DNA of 64,000 nt from Candidatus Porisulfidus sp. TsSOB. GTDB lineage: Bacteria; Pseudomonadota; Gammaproteobacteria; Poriferisulfidales; Poriferisulfidaceae. Below the pieces are notes generated by a model that did not search any database, was not told where the DNA came from, and saw only the letters and a list, made by a program, of their open reading frames with translations. Below are positions 31,565 to 42,573 of the stretch, one piece after another; the stretch's first letter is position 1, and every line of letters starts with the position of its first letter. The position numbers and the translations under genes are program-made. The stretch spans positions 361,286 through 425,285 of the forward strand of contig MRSX01000003.1 of assembly GCA_002631715.1 (NCBI GenBank), in the 5' to 3' direction.

Positions 31565-32660
31565 ATGGAAGAATTCTCTCTGCCGGAACAGTTGCGCGAC
31601 CTGACACAGCGGGTGGATGCGCTTAGGGGGTATCTTTGACCTCGACGGCAAACGCCGCCAGCTGGACGACATAAAGCAGCAGCTGGAAAACCCCGAAATC
31701 TGGAAGGATCCCGACCAGGCGCGCGAGCTGGGCCAAGCGCGTGCCCGCCTGGAGTCCGTCGTGCTGACGCTCGACGATCTCGGAGGCACCCTGCGCGACA
31801 CCGGGGAGTTGCTGGACATCGCCCTGGAGGAACAGGACGAGGACACGATGGAAGCCTTGGCGTCGGATGTCCGGAATTGCGCGAAGCAGGTGCATGACTT
31901 GGAGTTCCAGCGCATGTTCTCCGGGCGTTTCGACGCCAACGACGCTTTTCTCGACATTCAGGCCGGTTCCGGCGGCACCGAGGCGCAGGACTGGGCCGAG
32001 ATGCTGTTGCGCATGTACCTGCGCTGGGGGGAGAAGCGCGGCTACGGGACTGAGTTGATTGCCGCATCGGCAGGCGAAGTGGCGGGAATCAAGAGCGCGA
32101 CCATCAAGTACACCGGCGATTACTGTTTTGGCTGGTTGCGTACGGAAACCGGCGTACATCGCCTGGTGCGCAAGTCGCCGTTCGACTCCGGCAATCGCCG
32201 GCACACTTCATTCGCGGCGGTGGTGGTCTCGCCGGTGGTCAGCGACGAGATCGAAATCGAGATCGACCCGAGTGACCTGAGAGTCGACGTATACCGGGCC
32301 AGCGGGGCCGGCGGACAGCACGTCAACAAGACCGAATCGGCGGTGCGGCTCACGCATCTTCCAAGCGGCGTGGTCACACAATGTCAGAATAGTCGCTCAC
32401 AGCACAAGAACAAGGAGATGGCGATGCGGCAGTTGCGGGCCAAGCTCTACCAGTTGGAAGAGCAGAAGCGGCGTGAAGCCGAGCAGCAAAGTGCTGGAGA
32501 GAAGGCCGACATCGGTTGGGGCAGCCAGATCCGTTCTTACGTGCTGGACCAGTCGCGGATCAAGGATCTGCGCACCCAGGTCGAGACCGGCACGCCGCAG
32601 GTCGTATTGGACGGCGATCTCGATGCTTTCCTGGAAGCCAGTCTCAAGGCGGGGTTGTAA
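31565..32660 (+). CDS. prfB: Peptide chain release factor 2 (programmed +1 frameshift at 31634-31640)
   Basis: Frame 0 [24 protein letters not shown] ends at the in-frame TGA in CTT-TGA-C. The +1 frame continues DLDGKRRQ... with SPF and GGQ motifs. Confidence 0.9.
31622..31640 (+). promoter_or_regulatory. prfB autoregulatory +1 frameshift site (internal SD-like AGGGGG + CUU UGA C)
   Basis: cttAGGGGGtatCTTTGAC read directly in the sequence. Confidence 0.85.
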
Positions 32661-34153
32661 TGGCGAAGAAGACCGGCGAAGAGCGCCTGCTCGCGCAGCG
32701 TCAGGAGAAACTGCAGGAACTGCGGACGTCCGGCTGGGCGTATCCGAACGATTTCCGGCCCACGCATACGGCGCAGGAGCTGCAAGAGGCCTATGCGGAG
32801 CAGACGGCGGAGGAATTGGCCGACGGCCAAGTGAGCGTGGCCTTGGGCGGCCGGTTGATGAGCCAGCGCGTGATGGGCAAGTCCGCATTCGCGCATGTAC
32901 AGGACCGGACGGGGAGAATTCAGTTGCTGGCACGCCGCGACGGGTTGGGCGAATCAGACTATGCGGACTTCAAGACCTGGGACATCGGCGACATCGTCGG
33001 GGCGCAGGGCGTCCTGATGAAGACCAAGACTGGGGAGTTGTCGGTGGACGTACAGGAAGTGCGGTTGCTGAGCAAGTCCCTGCGGCCGTTGCCGGAGAAA
33101 TACCACGGGCTGACGGACATCGAACAACGTTACCGGCAGCGTCACGTTGACCTGATCATGAACAGCGATGCCCGGGGCGTGTTCCAGAAACGCAGCCAGT
33201 TGCTCAACTGCCTGCGGCAGCAACTGGAACAGCGAGGCTTTTTGGAGGTCGAGACGCCCATGATGCACTCGATCGCAGGAGGCGCGACGGCGCGCCCCTT
33301 CGTGACGCACCACAACGTGTTGCATCAGGACCTGTACCTGCGCGTCGCGCCCGAACTGTATCTCAAGCGCCTGGTGGTGGGTGGATTCGAGAAGGTGTTC
33401 GAAATCAACCGCAGCTTCCGAAACGAAGGGGTGTCGTCGCGACACAACCCGGAATTCACCATGATGGAGCTGTATCAGTCGTTCGCCGATTACCAGGATC
33501 TGATGAACCTTGCGGAAGCATTGATGCGGGAGATGGCGCAGTCCGTGCTGGGCAGCACGACCGTGTCCTATCAAGGTCAAGAATACGACCTGAAACAGCC
33601 TTTCCAGCGAACCACGCTGACCGACGCGGTGCTAGCGCATCATCCGAGCCTGGACCGGTCCGACCTGTCCAATCGGGAACTGCTGGCTGGATTGTGCCGG
33701 GACAATGGTGTAGAAGTCGATAAAAACCGGGGCGAGGGAGGGCTGTTGTTCGACCTTTTCGAGTCGTCGGTGGAAGAGAAGCTGGAGCAGCCGACGTTTG
33801 TGACCGAGTATCCACTCGAAGTCTCGCCGTTGGCGCGGCGTTGCGACCATAACCCTGATTTCGTGGATCGCTTTGAGTTGTTCGTGGCCGGACGGGAGAT
33901 CGCGAACGGATTTTCCGAGTTAAACGATCCGAAGGATCAGGCGGAGCGGTTCAAGGCACAGGTGGAGAAGCGGGATGCGGGCGACCAGGAGGCGATGCAC
34001 TATGACGCCGACTATATCCGTGCCTTGGAATACGGCATGCCGCCGACGGCCGGGATCGGCATCGGCATCGATCGGCTGGTGATGTTCTTCTGCGATGCGC
34101 CGTCGATCCGCGACGTGCTGCTGTTCCCGCACATGCGCCCGGAAGCGGGCTGA
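32660..34153 (+). CDS. lysS: Lysine--tRNA ligase
   Basis: Class II LysRS. ATG overlaps the prfB TAA (taATGg). Confidence 0.92.
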   Translation: MAKKTGEERLLAQRQEKLQELRTSGWAYPNDFRPTHTAQELQEAYAEQTAEELADGQVSVALGGRLMSQRVMGKSAFAHVQDRTGRIQLLARRDGLGESDYADFKTWDIGDIVGAQGVLMKTKTGELSVDVQEVRLLSKSLRPLPEKYHGLTDIEQRYRQRHVDLIMNSDARGVFQKRSQLLNCLRQQLEQRGFLEVETPMMHSIAGGATARPFVTHHNVLHQDLYLRVAPELYLKRLVVGGFEKVFEINRSFRNEGVSSRHNPEFTMMELYQSFADYQDLMNLAEALMREMAQSVLGSTTVSYQGQEYDLKQPFQRTTLTDAVLAHHPSLDRSDLSNRELLAGLCRDNGVEVDKNRGEGGLLFDLFESSVEEKLEQPTFVTEYPLEVSPLARRCDHNPDFVDRFELFVAGREIANGFSELNDPKDQAERFKAQVEKRDAGDQEAMHYDADYIRALEYGMPPTAGIGIGIDRLVMFFCDAPSIRDVLLFPHMRPEAG

Positions 34154-34159
34154 TTCGAA

Positions 34160-34315
34160 CTAGATAATTTCCAGGAAACCGATGATCGCCAGCCCGGCGG
34201 CGATCGCGCCGAGAATGTAGAGAAGCATGCCGATGTCGCGCTGGCGGTTGAACAGGATGTAGCCGCCGATCAGCAGCAGGATCGCCACGTACAGAATCAG
34301 CATCATCCGGGACAT
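34160..34315 (-). CDS. Small two-helix membrane protein (51 aa), not in the ORF track
   Basis: MSRMMLILYVAILLLIGGYILFNRQRDIGMLLYILGAIAAGLAIIGFLEII read on the minus strand. Confidence 0.3.
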   Translation of the reverse strand: MSRMMLILYVAILLLIGGYILFNRQRDIGMLLYILGAIAAGLAIIGFLEII

Positions 34316-34325
34316 GTCAGTCGCC

Positions 34326-35267
34326 TCAAGTCAATTGGTAGGGTAGCGGGAGCGGTTCCAGAGACGGGCCGTCTGGACGTTGTGCGCGTAGCGGCTGACT
34401 GGCATCCGCTGCGCGGACGGAGGCCAGCATTTGGCACGGCCCACCGTCGGGCGGGACGCGCGCGTCGACTATTCGTCCGCAGGGGCGGGCATCGGGACCC
34501 TCGCTTAGGTGAATGGGATCACCTGGAACCGGGATCTCATCGAAGTTGCCGCTCAAGCGGTAGGTGCGGAACTTGACTTGGCCACGGTATTTCATGCGTG
34601 CGACGACTTCCTGGCCGGGGTAACATCCCTTGTCGAAACTGATTGCGTCGACCAAGTCGAGGTTCAGGTGCTGTGGGACGAACTGTTCGCGGTTTTCGGC
34701 GCGGACGAACGCAATCCCGTCCTCGATGTCCCAGAGACGCCACAGGTCGGAGCCTGAATCGGGAGCTTTGCCGTCTTCCCACAAGGTGGATGCCGCATCT
34801 CGGGGACTGATTACCAACCATCGGACGCGCTCCCCGGGCCAGGTGATGGCGGTGTATGGGTCGGTCTCCATTTTGCTGAGGGGGGATCGGGGCAATTCAA
34901 CCGGGAATTCGGGGTTTTCTTCGAGATAGGGCCCGGTGACGCCGAACAGGGAAAATGATTCCGCCAGAGATTCGATTTCGACGTCGGAGCGCAGTTTGAA
35001 CAATTGCAAACGTTGCAGCACGGCTTCGTCAAGGCCTGAAGGAAGCACGATCCGGTATTGGTTCTCGCTTCTACGCCAAACTAGGAAGTTGGCGATCATC
35101 TGCCCCTTGGGCATGCAATAGGCGGATAGCTGAGCCCGGTTGTCGGGCAGAGCCAGGAGATCATTGGTGAATTGGCCGTGCAGGAAGTCGGAGGCATCGG
35201 CGCCGGTGACGCCGAGAATGGTCCAGTCGTCAAGTGCGTAAATGCTTGGGTCGGGTTTCCTGGACAT
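34326..35267 (-). CDS. ygfZ: tRNA-modifying folate-binding protein YgfZ
   Basis: KGCYPGQE signature. GcvT-like fold. Confidence 0.75.
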   Translation of the reverse strand: MSRKPDPSIYALDDWTILGVTGADASDFLHGQFTNDLLALPDNRAQLSAYCMPKGQMIANFLVWRRSENQYRIVLPSGLDEAVLQRLQLFKLRSDVEIESLAESFSLFGVTGPYLEENPEFPVELPRSPLSKMETDPYTAITWPGERVRWLVISPRDAASTLWEDGKAPDSGSDLWRLWDIEDGIAFVRAENREQFVPQHLNLDLVDAISFDKGCYPGQEVVARMKYRGQVKFRTYRLSGNFDEIPVPGDPIHLSEGPDARPCGRIVDARVPPDGGPCQMLASVRAADASQPLRAQRPDGPSLEPLPLPYQLT

Positions 35268-35351
35268 GACTAGGCTCAATTCCAAGTTTTCCATTGTAAC
35301 GGGCGCAAGCCCGATGATAAACTAACTGCGATCCAATTTTTTGGGGGGGAT

Positions 35352-35624
35352 ATGGGGAATCAATCAGGCGACGATCAGGTCTTCCCGTTCGAAGAATCCC
35401 TCAAGCAACTTGAGGATTTGGTCGAGCGGCTGGAGGGCGGTGAGGTTTCGCTGGAAGAATCGCTGCAGGATTTCGAGAGTGGCGTCGCCCTAGTGCGCAT
35501 CTTGCGCGAGCGCCTGGACCAGGCGCAGCAGAGAGTCGACAAGATTGTCGAGCAAGAAGGCGGCGAGACAGCCGCACAACCCATGGACCTCATGGACGAT
35601 GACGATGAGGACAAGGATGGCTGA
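35352..35624 (+). CDS. xseB: Exodeoxyribonuclease VII small subunit
   Basis: [26 protein letters not shown]... Confidence 0.85.
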   Translation: MGNQSGDDQVFPFEESLKQLEDLVERLEGGEVSLEESLQDFESGVALVRILRERLDQAQQRVDKIVEQEGGETAAQPMDLMDDDDEDKDG

Positions 35625-35626
35625 TC

Positions 35627-37477
35627 GTGGACGATTTCCCTTTTCTATCGAAGATCGAAAGCCCGGCTGATTTACGCGCGCTGGACCGCGAGAATCTCCC
35701 TGCGGTTGCAGATGAACTTCGCGAATTCCTGATTCAGGGCGTGGCCCGCTGCGGGGGGCATTTCGGGGCCAGCCTCGGTGCGGTCGAATTGACCGTGGCC
35801 TTGCACTACGCGTTCAACACGCCGGAAGATTGGCTGGTCTGGGACGTGGGGCATCAGAGCTATGGCCACAAGATTCTGACGGGGCGTCGCGACCAGTTGG
35901 AGACGATTCGCCGCTGGGGGGGTCTGGCACCATTCCCGGAACGGCATGAGAGCCCTTACGACAGTTTTGGGGTGGGACATTCCAGCACCTCGATTAGCGC
36001 AGCCCTGGGCATGGCGTTGGCCAGCCGCAATGCGGGGAAACCGTGCAAGTCAGTAGCAGTGATCGGAGATGGTGGGCTGACGGCCGGCCTGGCCTACGAA
36101 GCGCTCAACCACTTGGGGGTCTCCGAGGCAGATGTGCTGGTGATACTCAACGACAACGAAATGTCGATTTCTCCGAATGTGGGTGCCATGTCCCGTTACC
36201 TGACCCGCTTGTTGGCGGGGAGCCTGTACTCCTCGGTGCGTGAAACCGGTCAACGTATGCTGAGTTCGGTGCCGAGAGTGAAAAAGTTCGCGATGAGGAT
36301 GGAGGGACAACTCAAGGGAATAATTTTGCCGGCGGGCATGCTGTTCGAGGAATTGGGCGTACAGTATTTTGGGCCGGTTGGCGGCCATAACGTGTTAGGG
36401 CTACTGGATGTCATAGAGCAGATGCGCGACCAGACTGGTCCGCGCCTGTTGCATGTCATCACCCAGAAAGGAAAGGGCTACGAGCCGGCAGAAGGAGACC
36501 CCGTGGGCTATCACGCGGTGCCGATCTTCGATCCGGAAATCGGCGTGGAGAAGAAAGGATCAAGTGGAGGGCCGACCTATACGCAAGTGTTCGGCGAGTG
36601 GCTGTGTGATCAGGCTGCTGCAGACCCCAGGTTGATGGCGATTACTCCGGCGATGCGAGAGGGCAGCGGCCTCGTTCGCTTTGAGAAAGAGTATCCGGAT
36701 CGTTATTTCGACGTCGGGATTGCTGAGCAACATTCGGTTGCCGTGGGCGCGGGCATGGCCTGTGCAGGCGCGAAGCCGGTGGTGGCCATCTACTCGACAT
36801 TCCTGCAGCGTGGATACGACCAGTTGGTCCATGACATCGTGGTCCAGGAACTGGACGTGCTGCTTGCCATCGACCGCGCCGGGATGGTCGGAAACGACGG
36901 GAAGACCCATGTCGGTGCTTTCGACCTGTCTTACTTGCGTTGCCTGCCGGGCATGGTGGTTATGGCGCCATCCGATGAAAACGAATGCCGGAAGATGCTG
37001 ACAACGGGATATCTACATGAAGGTCCGGCGGCGGTGCGCTATCCGCGCGGCAAGGGACCGGGGGCTGAGGTTGAGAAGACTTTGGAGCCGATCCCGATCG
37101 GCAAGGCGCGAAAGGTTCGCGAAGGGAAGGAGATTGCATTTCTGGTGTTTGGCAGCTTGTTGGATCAGGTGGCTCCGATTGCGGAGGAACTGGACGCGAC
37201 GTTGGTTGATATGCGATTCGTCAAACCCCTAGACGTGGAATGCCTGAACGAGGTGGCGGGAGCCCACAGTCTGCTGGTGACTGTCGAGGACAATGTTGTG
37301 GCAGGCGGGGCAGGCAGCGCGGTGAGCGAGGCCTTGGATTTAAATGGCTCTGTGCGATTGTTGCAATTGGGCCTCCCGGATCACTATGTTGAACACGGAA
37401 GCCGCGAGGAGCAGTTGACAGCGGTGGGTTTGGATACAGAAGGGATCAGGAAGTCGGTTACCGAACATCAGGCATAG
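35627..37477 (+). CDS. dxs: 1-deoxy-D-xylulose-5-phosphate synthase
   Basis: Thiamine diphosphate-dependent transketolase-like. 616 aa. Confidence 0.95.
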   Translation: MDDFPFLSKIESPADLRALDRENLPAVADELREFLIQGVARCGGHFGASLGAVELTVALHYAFNTPEDWLVWDVGHQSYGHKILTGRRDQLETIRRWGGLAPFPERHESPYDSFGVGHSSTSISAALGMALASRNAGKPCKSVAVIGDGGLTAGLAYEALNHLGVSEADVLVILNDNEMSISPNVGAMSRYLTRLLAGSLYSSVRETGQRMLSSVPRVKKFAMRMEGQLKGIILPAGMLFEELGVQYFGPVGGHNVLGLLDVIEQMRDQTGPRLLHVITQKGKGYEPAEGDPVGYHAVPIFDPEIGVEKKGSSGGPTYTQVFGEWLCDQAAADPRLMAITPAMREGSGLVRFEKEYPDRYFDVGIAEQHSVAVGAGMACAGAKPVVAIYSTFLQRGYDQLVHDIVVQELDVLLAIDRAGMVGNDGKTHVGAFDLSYLRCLPGMVVMAPSDENECRKMLTTGYLHEGPAAVRYPRGKGPGAEVEKTLEPIPIGKARKVREGKEIAFLVFGSLLDQVAPIAEELDATLVDMRFVKPLDVECLNEVAGAHSLLVTVEDNVVAGGAGSAVSEALDLNGSVRLLQLGLPDHYVEHGSREEQLTAVGLDTEGIRKSVTEHQA

Positions 37478-37528
37478 AATGACGCATGACGAATTGGTGG
37501 CCATATTGGTTGAGGAAGGAGCGAGGAA

Positions 37529-37831
37529 GTGAAAACCGAATGGCTGAAACTGATTGATGGTGCAAGCGGACGCATCCTGCGGACGCGACAACTTCCGCAA
37601 GCAGAGGACTTGGATCCGGAGGCCGAGCGAGAGTCACGCCAGACGAAAATTTGGGGTGGACTGCTTGCCGTGTCCATAATTGGGCTAGTGGCGATGCTCG
37701 CGCTGTTCCTCATTGATATTGGCATGGGCGGACTGATCGCGCTGTCGGTTGTTGCGTTCTTCGCTTCGCTTTGGTATGGGCAATTCTGGTTGGCCGTGCT
37801 GATCTTCCTGTGGTGGCTCTGGATGAGTTGA
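37529..37831 (+). CDS. Hypothetical membrane protein
   Basis: Two predicted TM helices. No recognisable motif. Confidence 0.35.
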   Translation: MKTEWLKLIDGASGRILRTRQLPQAEDLDPEAERESRQTKIWGGLLAVSIIGLVAMLALFLIDIGMGGLIALSVVAFFASLWYGQFWLAVLIFLWWLWMS

Positions 37832-37936
37832 AGCATCCGTAATGGTTATTCTGGATCGGCAAGGTGGGAACAGTCACTTCATCTGTCCCTTTACTTTTCA
37901 CTCCATTTAGGACTTGCCGGTTCAGTCCGGAAAATC

Positions 37937-38221
37937 GTGCCTAAGCCTCAAAACTTGAGACCTCAGGAGCTTTCGGCGTTAGGGCTTAAGCTTTTAGAAG
38001 AAGCGGTCATTCGAGTTTTGCTGGATGCCAGGGAAAATGGAGAACATGCAGTCGGAGCGACCGAGATCGCCAGACGCGCCGGTATTCCGGTTGAACAGGA
38101 AGGCCCTGTTTTTTCAGGAGCTATTGGCACGGGGGTTCTATGCCGACTGTTAGAACAAGGTTATGTTGAGCAATTGAAAGAAGGTAAGGGTGGCTGGAAG
38201 CTTTGCGACACATTCCAGTAA
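37937..38221 (+). CDS. Hypothetical protein (possible wHTH)
   Basis: ORF only. Confidence 0.3.
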   Translation: MPKPQNLRPQELSALGLKLLEEAVIRVLLDARENGEHAVGATEIARRAGIPVEQEGPVFSGAIGTGVLCRLLEQGYVEQLKEGKGGWKLCDTFQ

Positions 38222-38225
38222 CTAG

Positions 38226-39029
38226 TCAGACAGGCTGATTCAGGATTATTTCCAGAACCAGCTTAGTGCCGAGAAAACCAAGAATCAAGAAAGCGAGACC
38301 CGCTAGCGTCATGCCGGCGGCCAGCCGTCCTCGCCAGCCGAATTGCCAATGTCCCCACAGAAGCGCGACAAGCGTAATCCACGCTAAGGCGGAAAACGTC
38401 ATCTTGTGCAACATGCCGGGGCTGAATGGCTCGGTCAGTGCGCTGCCGCCGACAGCGAGACCGATTGAAAGCAAGATCAGGCCCAGCGCAATGATTTTGA
38501 TCAGCAAGGACTCCATCCGGTCCAGCGGAGGCAATCGTCCGGAAATCCGGTCGGCCAGATGGCGAGAGCTAAGTTGATGTTCCTTCAGGAGCAGCATCAG
38601 GGCTTGGGCCCCGGCCAGCATCAGCGTGCCGTAGGCCAGAAGCGAAACCATGATGTGCGTATTGACGCTCCACGGAAGGATTGCGGCCTGCGAACCTGTG
38701 GCAGGTTCAATCCAGATGGCGGCCAGAGCGCAGGGAAGAGTAATCAGGCCCAAATGCCAAGTCGGCTGAAACACGGCCCAGGCCAGGACCAGTGCGTTGA
38801 TAAGCAAGGCGGTCAACGCCATGGCATTGAAGAAGCTAAACGTGAAGCTTCCTCCAGCCCCGGTCGGGTCGAACAGGACCCAGGCGTGCAGTGCGCAACC
38901 CGCTGCCCAGGCTACGGCCGTGGAATTGCGGCTCAATTTGTCCGACAGGATGCCTGCCAGGGCAACCAGGTATAGGGCAAACGCGATGACGGGCAGCAGC
39001 GGGGACATGGAAAAGCCTGAAAAACTCAC
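38226..39029 (-). CDS. Cytochrome c assembly family inner-membrane protein (YpjD/CcsA-like)
   Basis: Polytopic membrane protein with conserved Trp/His typical of the CcsA/YpjD family. Confidence 0.6.
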   Translation of the reverse strand: MSFSGFSMSPLLPVIAFALYLVALAGILSDKLSRNSTAVAWAAGCALHAWVLFDPTGAGGSFTFSFFNAMALTALLINALVLAWAVFQPTWHLGLITLPCALAAIWIEPATGSQAAILPWSVNTHIMVSLLAYGTLMLAGAQALMLLLKEHQLSSRHLADRISGRLPPLDRMESLLIKIIALGLILLSIGLAVGGSALTEPFSPGMLHKMTFSALAWITLVALLWGHWQFGWRGRLAAGMTLAGLAFLILGFLGTKLVLEIILNQPV

Positions 39030-39098
39030 CTATTCTATATACTGATAGGCTGATTCATGCAGGAGAGGCGGTTTTGGCCAGCATCGAGGATTGACAAC

Positions 39099-40373
39099 AT
39101 GAAGATGGAAACCTTGGCCGTGCACGGCGGTTACGAACCGGAAGCCACCACCAAAGCGGTGGCCGTGCCGGTCTACCAGACCACGTCGTACGCTTTCGAC
39201 GATACACAGCACGGGGCAGACCTGTTCGACCTCAAGGTCGAGGGCAACATCTATACCCGCATCATGAACCCGACTACGGCGGTGCTGGAGAAGCGCGTTG
39301 CCGAAATGGAAGGTGGGGTCGGGGCGCTGGGGCTGTCCTCCGGAATGGCGGCCATTACCGATGCGATCTTCACCATCGCGGGTAGTGGCGACAACATCAT
39401 CTCCACGCATACCTTGTACGGTGGTACCTACAACCTGTTTGCGCATGCCTTGCCACGGCTAGGCATCGAAGTTCGCTTCGTCGACCCGGATGATCTGGAG
39501 GCCATGGAGGCAAGCATTGATGACCATACGCGGCTAGTTTTTTGCGAGACCATCGGGAATCCGCTTGGCAATGTCGCGGACCTGGCGGCATTGGCCGATT
39601 TGTCGCATGCGCACGGGTTGCCTCTGGTAGTGGACAACACTGTCCCGACCCCGGTGCTGTGCCGGCCTGTCGAGTTCGGAGCCGATATCGTGATTCATTC
39701 CCTGACCAAGTACATGGGAGGGCACGGCACGTCGATCGGCGGCGTCGTGGTGGATTCTGGGAAATTCCCGTGGCTCGATCACGCGGACCGTTTCCCCATG
39801 ATGAGCGAGCCGGATGCTTCCTACCATGGCGTGGTCTACACTGATCTGGGTGCGGCAGCCTACATCACACGAGTCCGGCTGATTCCGCTACGCAACATGG
39901 GTGCGGCGCTGTCGCCGTTCAATAGCTTCCTGGTTCTGCAAGGAATCGAAAGCCTGCCGTTGCGCATGGAACGGCATTGTGAGAACGCGCAAAAGGTTGC
40001 GGAGTTCCTGCAGGGGCACGATCAGGTGGGTTGGGTACAGTTCGCGGGACTAGAGGATCATCCGCATCACGACCGGGTGCAGCGTTACATGGGCGGACGG
40101 GCCTCGTCCATCCTGAGTTTCGGAATCAAAGGCGGCACGGAAGCGGGCGGACGGTTCATCGACGCTTTGAACCTGATCGTCCGGCTGGTCAACATCGGGG
40201 ATGCCAAATCGTTGGCCTGTCATCCGGCGACCACTACTCACCGTCAGTTGGACGAGGCTTCCATGAAGGCGGCCGGGGTAAGTCCGGACATGGTGCGCTT
40301 GTCGATCGGCATCGAACACATCGACGACATTCTCGAAGATCTCGACCAAGCCTTGCTAGCAGCAAAAGCCTGA
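39099..40373 (+). CDS. metY: O-acetylhomoserine aminocarboxypropyltransferase (sulfhydrylase)
   Basis: MKMETLAVHGGYEP...TTSYAFDD. PLP-dependent Cys/Met metabolism family. SD GAGGA 8 nt upstream. Confidence 0.85.
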   Translation: MKMETLAVHGGYEPEATTKAVAVPVYQTTSYAFDDTQHGADLFDLKVEGNIYTRIMNPTTAVLEKRVAEMEGGVGALGLSSGMAAITDAIFTIAGSGDNIISTHTLYGGTYNLFAHALPRLGIEVRFVDPDDLEAMEASIDDHTRLVFCETIGNPLGNVADLAALADLSHAHGLPLVVDNTVPTPVLCRPVEFGADIVIHSLTKYMGGHGTSIGGVVVDSGKFPWLDHADRFPMMSEPDASYHGVVYTDLGAAAYITRVRLIPLRNMGAALSPFNSFLVLQGIESLPLRMERHCENAQKVAEFLQGHDQVGWVQFAGLEDHPHHDRVQRYMGGRASSILSFGIKGGTEAGGRFIDALNLIVRLVNIGDAKSLACHPATTTHRQLDEASMKAAGVSPDMVRLSIGIEHIDDILEDLDQALLAAKA

Positions 40374-40394
40374 TCATAGCCCGCGTACGGGCCG

Positions 40395-42368
40395 TCAGGG
40401 TCGGATCGGTTGGATCTGCGGCCAGATCGGAGAGGTTGGTCGACCTGCCTGCCACTGGTAGATCGCAGCGTATTCCAGAACGATGCGGACGTATTTCCGG
40501 GTCTCTTCGAACGGGATGGTGTCGATCCAGATATCCGCATCCGTCTCGAAATTGGGACGCCAGCGGTCGACGGCTCCGGGGCCGGCGTTGTAGGCGGCCA
40601 GGGCCATGGCGGGGTTGCCGTTGTAGCGTTTGAGCATGTCGGCAATGTAGCGGCTGCCCAGGCGGATATTCAAGGAAGGCTTTTTGAGGGACTGGGTTCG
40701 GGGGGGCTTGAGTTTGAGGGACCGGGCGACCTGCCGTGCAGTTCCCGGCATCAATTGCATCAGGCCGACGGCTCCGGCTCGGGAGCGCGTGTCGGCTGCG
40801 AAGGCGCTCTCGCGTCGAGAGATGGCGAACAGCAGGGAAGAGTCGACCTTGTTGCGGAGGGCCTCTTTTTCGAACAGGTCGGCGTGAGCCCGCGGGAAGC
40901 GGCGTTTTAGGTCATCGAAGTAGCGGCTTTTCCCGAAGGCACGGATCGTGCCTTCATGCCAACCCCAGTTGCTGGCGGCGATCGCTGCGCGATTGAGTTG
41001 CTCCGCGCTGCCTTGATTCATCAGGTCATACCATTCTTCACGCGCATTCATGATGCTCCCTTGGTGGAGGAACTCGCGGGCACGCTTCAGAGCGGGCAGC
41101 TCTTCCTCGGAAACTTTGTCCGAAGGAGTGGGGGCGTTGTTCAAGGAGTGCGGCCGGTTGAGCCGTTCAGCCGCGAGGAACCCGTAGTAACTGCGGTGAT
41201 TAGCGACTTCCTCGAACAGTTTGACGCTTTCGGCGGTACGGCCAAGCCGCTTCAGCGCACGGGCCTGCCAGTACGGGCCCATCTGGTTGTATGGATAGGC
41301 GTCCGGCAGTTCTTGAGCAGCTTCCAGGATCTTCTGCCAGTCCCTTTCATGCAGAGCCAGGCGTAGGCGCATGTGCCGGAACGTATCATCACGCAAGTAA
41401 TTGGGCGTGGCTTCCATCAATGAATGAGCCAACGGCAACCCGTCGCTGGCGGCCTCTAGGGCAATGCGGTAGCGCAGGTCCTGGATCTGCTTGAGGCTGA
41501 GCACCTTGGCCTTACGGAATCCTTCATACCATTCGTAGGCGGCTTCGGGGTCTTTTCGTGCGCGGCGCGTGATGCCGTGCGCGACGATCCGGCGTGCGTG
41601 GGGGTTGGCGGATTTCAGGCGGCGATCCCTCAGGTAGCGCTTGGGGTTTCGATGAACCTGAATCAAAAGATCAACCCAGGCACGCTCCTTTTTCGGCAGA
41701 AAACGCTTGAGATAGCGTGCCAGCCGGGTGTTGCGTTTCTCCATGCTTAGTTGGATGCGTTGCCAGACTAGGTCATCGGTCAGTCCGTTTTTGTTGAACC
41801 ACTTGAACAGGGGGTCACAGATCTTGGGCCGGGACTTGCCGTGAAGCCAGATGGAATGAATCAGCGGCTCAAGCTCTTTGGTGGATCTTTTGAGGCGGAT
41901 ATGGGAGCGGACGTACAGGCACTGGAGGCTGACATCGCCGTATTCCTGGTAAGAGTTGATTAGCTTGGTGTAATGGCGACGCTTGAACAGGGAGCGCAAC
42001 CAGGCATTGTGCAGCCGACGGCTTAGATGAGAGTCCTTGTGCTCGACGATGAATTTCGCGATCTGCTTGTCATGTGATCCGCCGCGGCGTACGACCAGAT
42101 AGCGGTAGTCGAGGTAGGAAACCAGGGGATAGTCGCCGAGTTGCTTGCGCAGGCGGTGAAAGCGTTTAGTTTGGCCTTTCTTCAGAGCTTTCAGGGCCTG
42201 GCTGTAGACCGCGCGCTGAGCTGTCAGTTCACTGTCACTGGATTTGGCTGCTGTAGCGAGAGTGGGTAGGGCAGCCAGAAGGCTAAACGCCAGCAGCCAG
42301 CACGTATACTGTCGGCGCGAGTGAGGCGTATGGAGCCGCCGAATGTTTGAGTGGGACTGGATCATCAA
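40395..42368 (-). CDS. slt: Soluble lytic murein transglycosylase
   Basis: Signal peptide, superhelical repeats, and the C-terminal SLT domain with GLMQLMPGTA. Confidence 0.85.
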   Translation of the reverse strand: MMIQSHSNIRRLHTPHSRRQYTCWLLAFSLLAALPTLATAAKSSDSELTAQRAVYSQALKALKKGQTKRFHRLRKQLGDYPLVSYLDYRYLVVRRGGSHDKQIAKFIVEHKDSHLSRRLHNAWLRSLFKRRHYTKLINSYQEYGDVSLQCLYVRSHIRLKRSTKELEPLIHSIWLHGKSRPKICDPLFKWFNKNGLTDDLVWQRIQLSMEKRNTRLARYLKRFLPKKERAWVDLLIQVHRNPKRYLRDRRLKSANPHARRIVAHGITRRARKDPEAAYEWYEGFRKAKVLSLKQIQDLRYRIALEAASDGLPLAHSLMEATPNYLRDDTFRHMRLRLALHERDWQKILEAAQELPDAYPYNQMGPYWQARALKRLGRTAESVKLFEEVANHRSYYGFLAAERLNRPHSLNNAPTPSDKVSEEELPALKRAREFLHQGSIMNAREEWYDLMNQGSAEQLNRAAIAASNWGWHEGTIRAFGKSRYFDDLKRRFPRAHADLFEKEALRNKVDSSLLFAISRRESAFAADTRSRAGAVGLMQLMPGTARQVARSLKLKPPRTQSLKKPSLNIRLGSRYIADMLKRYNGNPAMALAAYNAGPGAVDRWRPNFETDADIWIDTIPFEETRKYVRIVLEYAAIYQWQAGRPTSPIWPQIQPIRP

Positions 42369-42573
42369 TCTACCGCACTATCGCTACGGCATAACGCTGT
42401 TCGGCGTGCTGGCGATTCTTCCAGCACTGGTCAGCGGGAACATGCTGATCCACGAGGTTGGTCGATTCCGGCAGGGAAAGAAGGACGCGGACGGGAAGGC
42501 CGTGTTGTTCAATGCGGTAGCCCTGATCGTCAGTGTGGCGTTCATCGTGGGAGCAATTTACCAGTGGCTCTAA
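42343..42573 (+). CDS. Small membrane protein (hypothetical)
   Basis: Two hydrophobic helices. Overlaps the slt start. Confidence 0.3.
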   Translation: MFEWDWIINLPHYRYGITLFGVLAILPALVSGNMLIHEVGRFRQGKKDADGKAVLFNAVALIVSVAFIVGAIYQWL

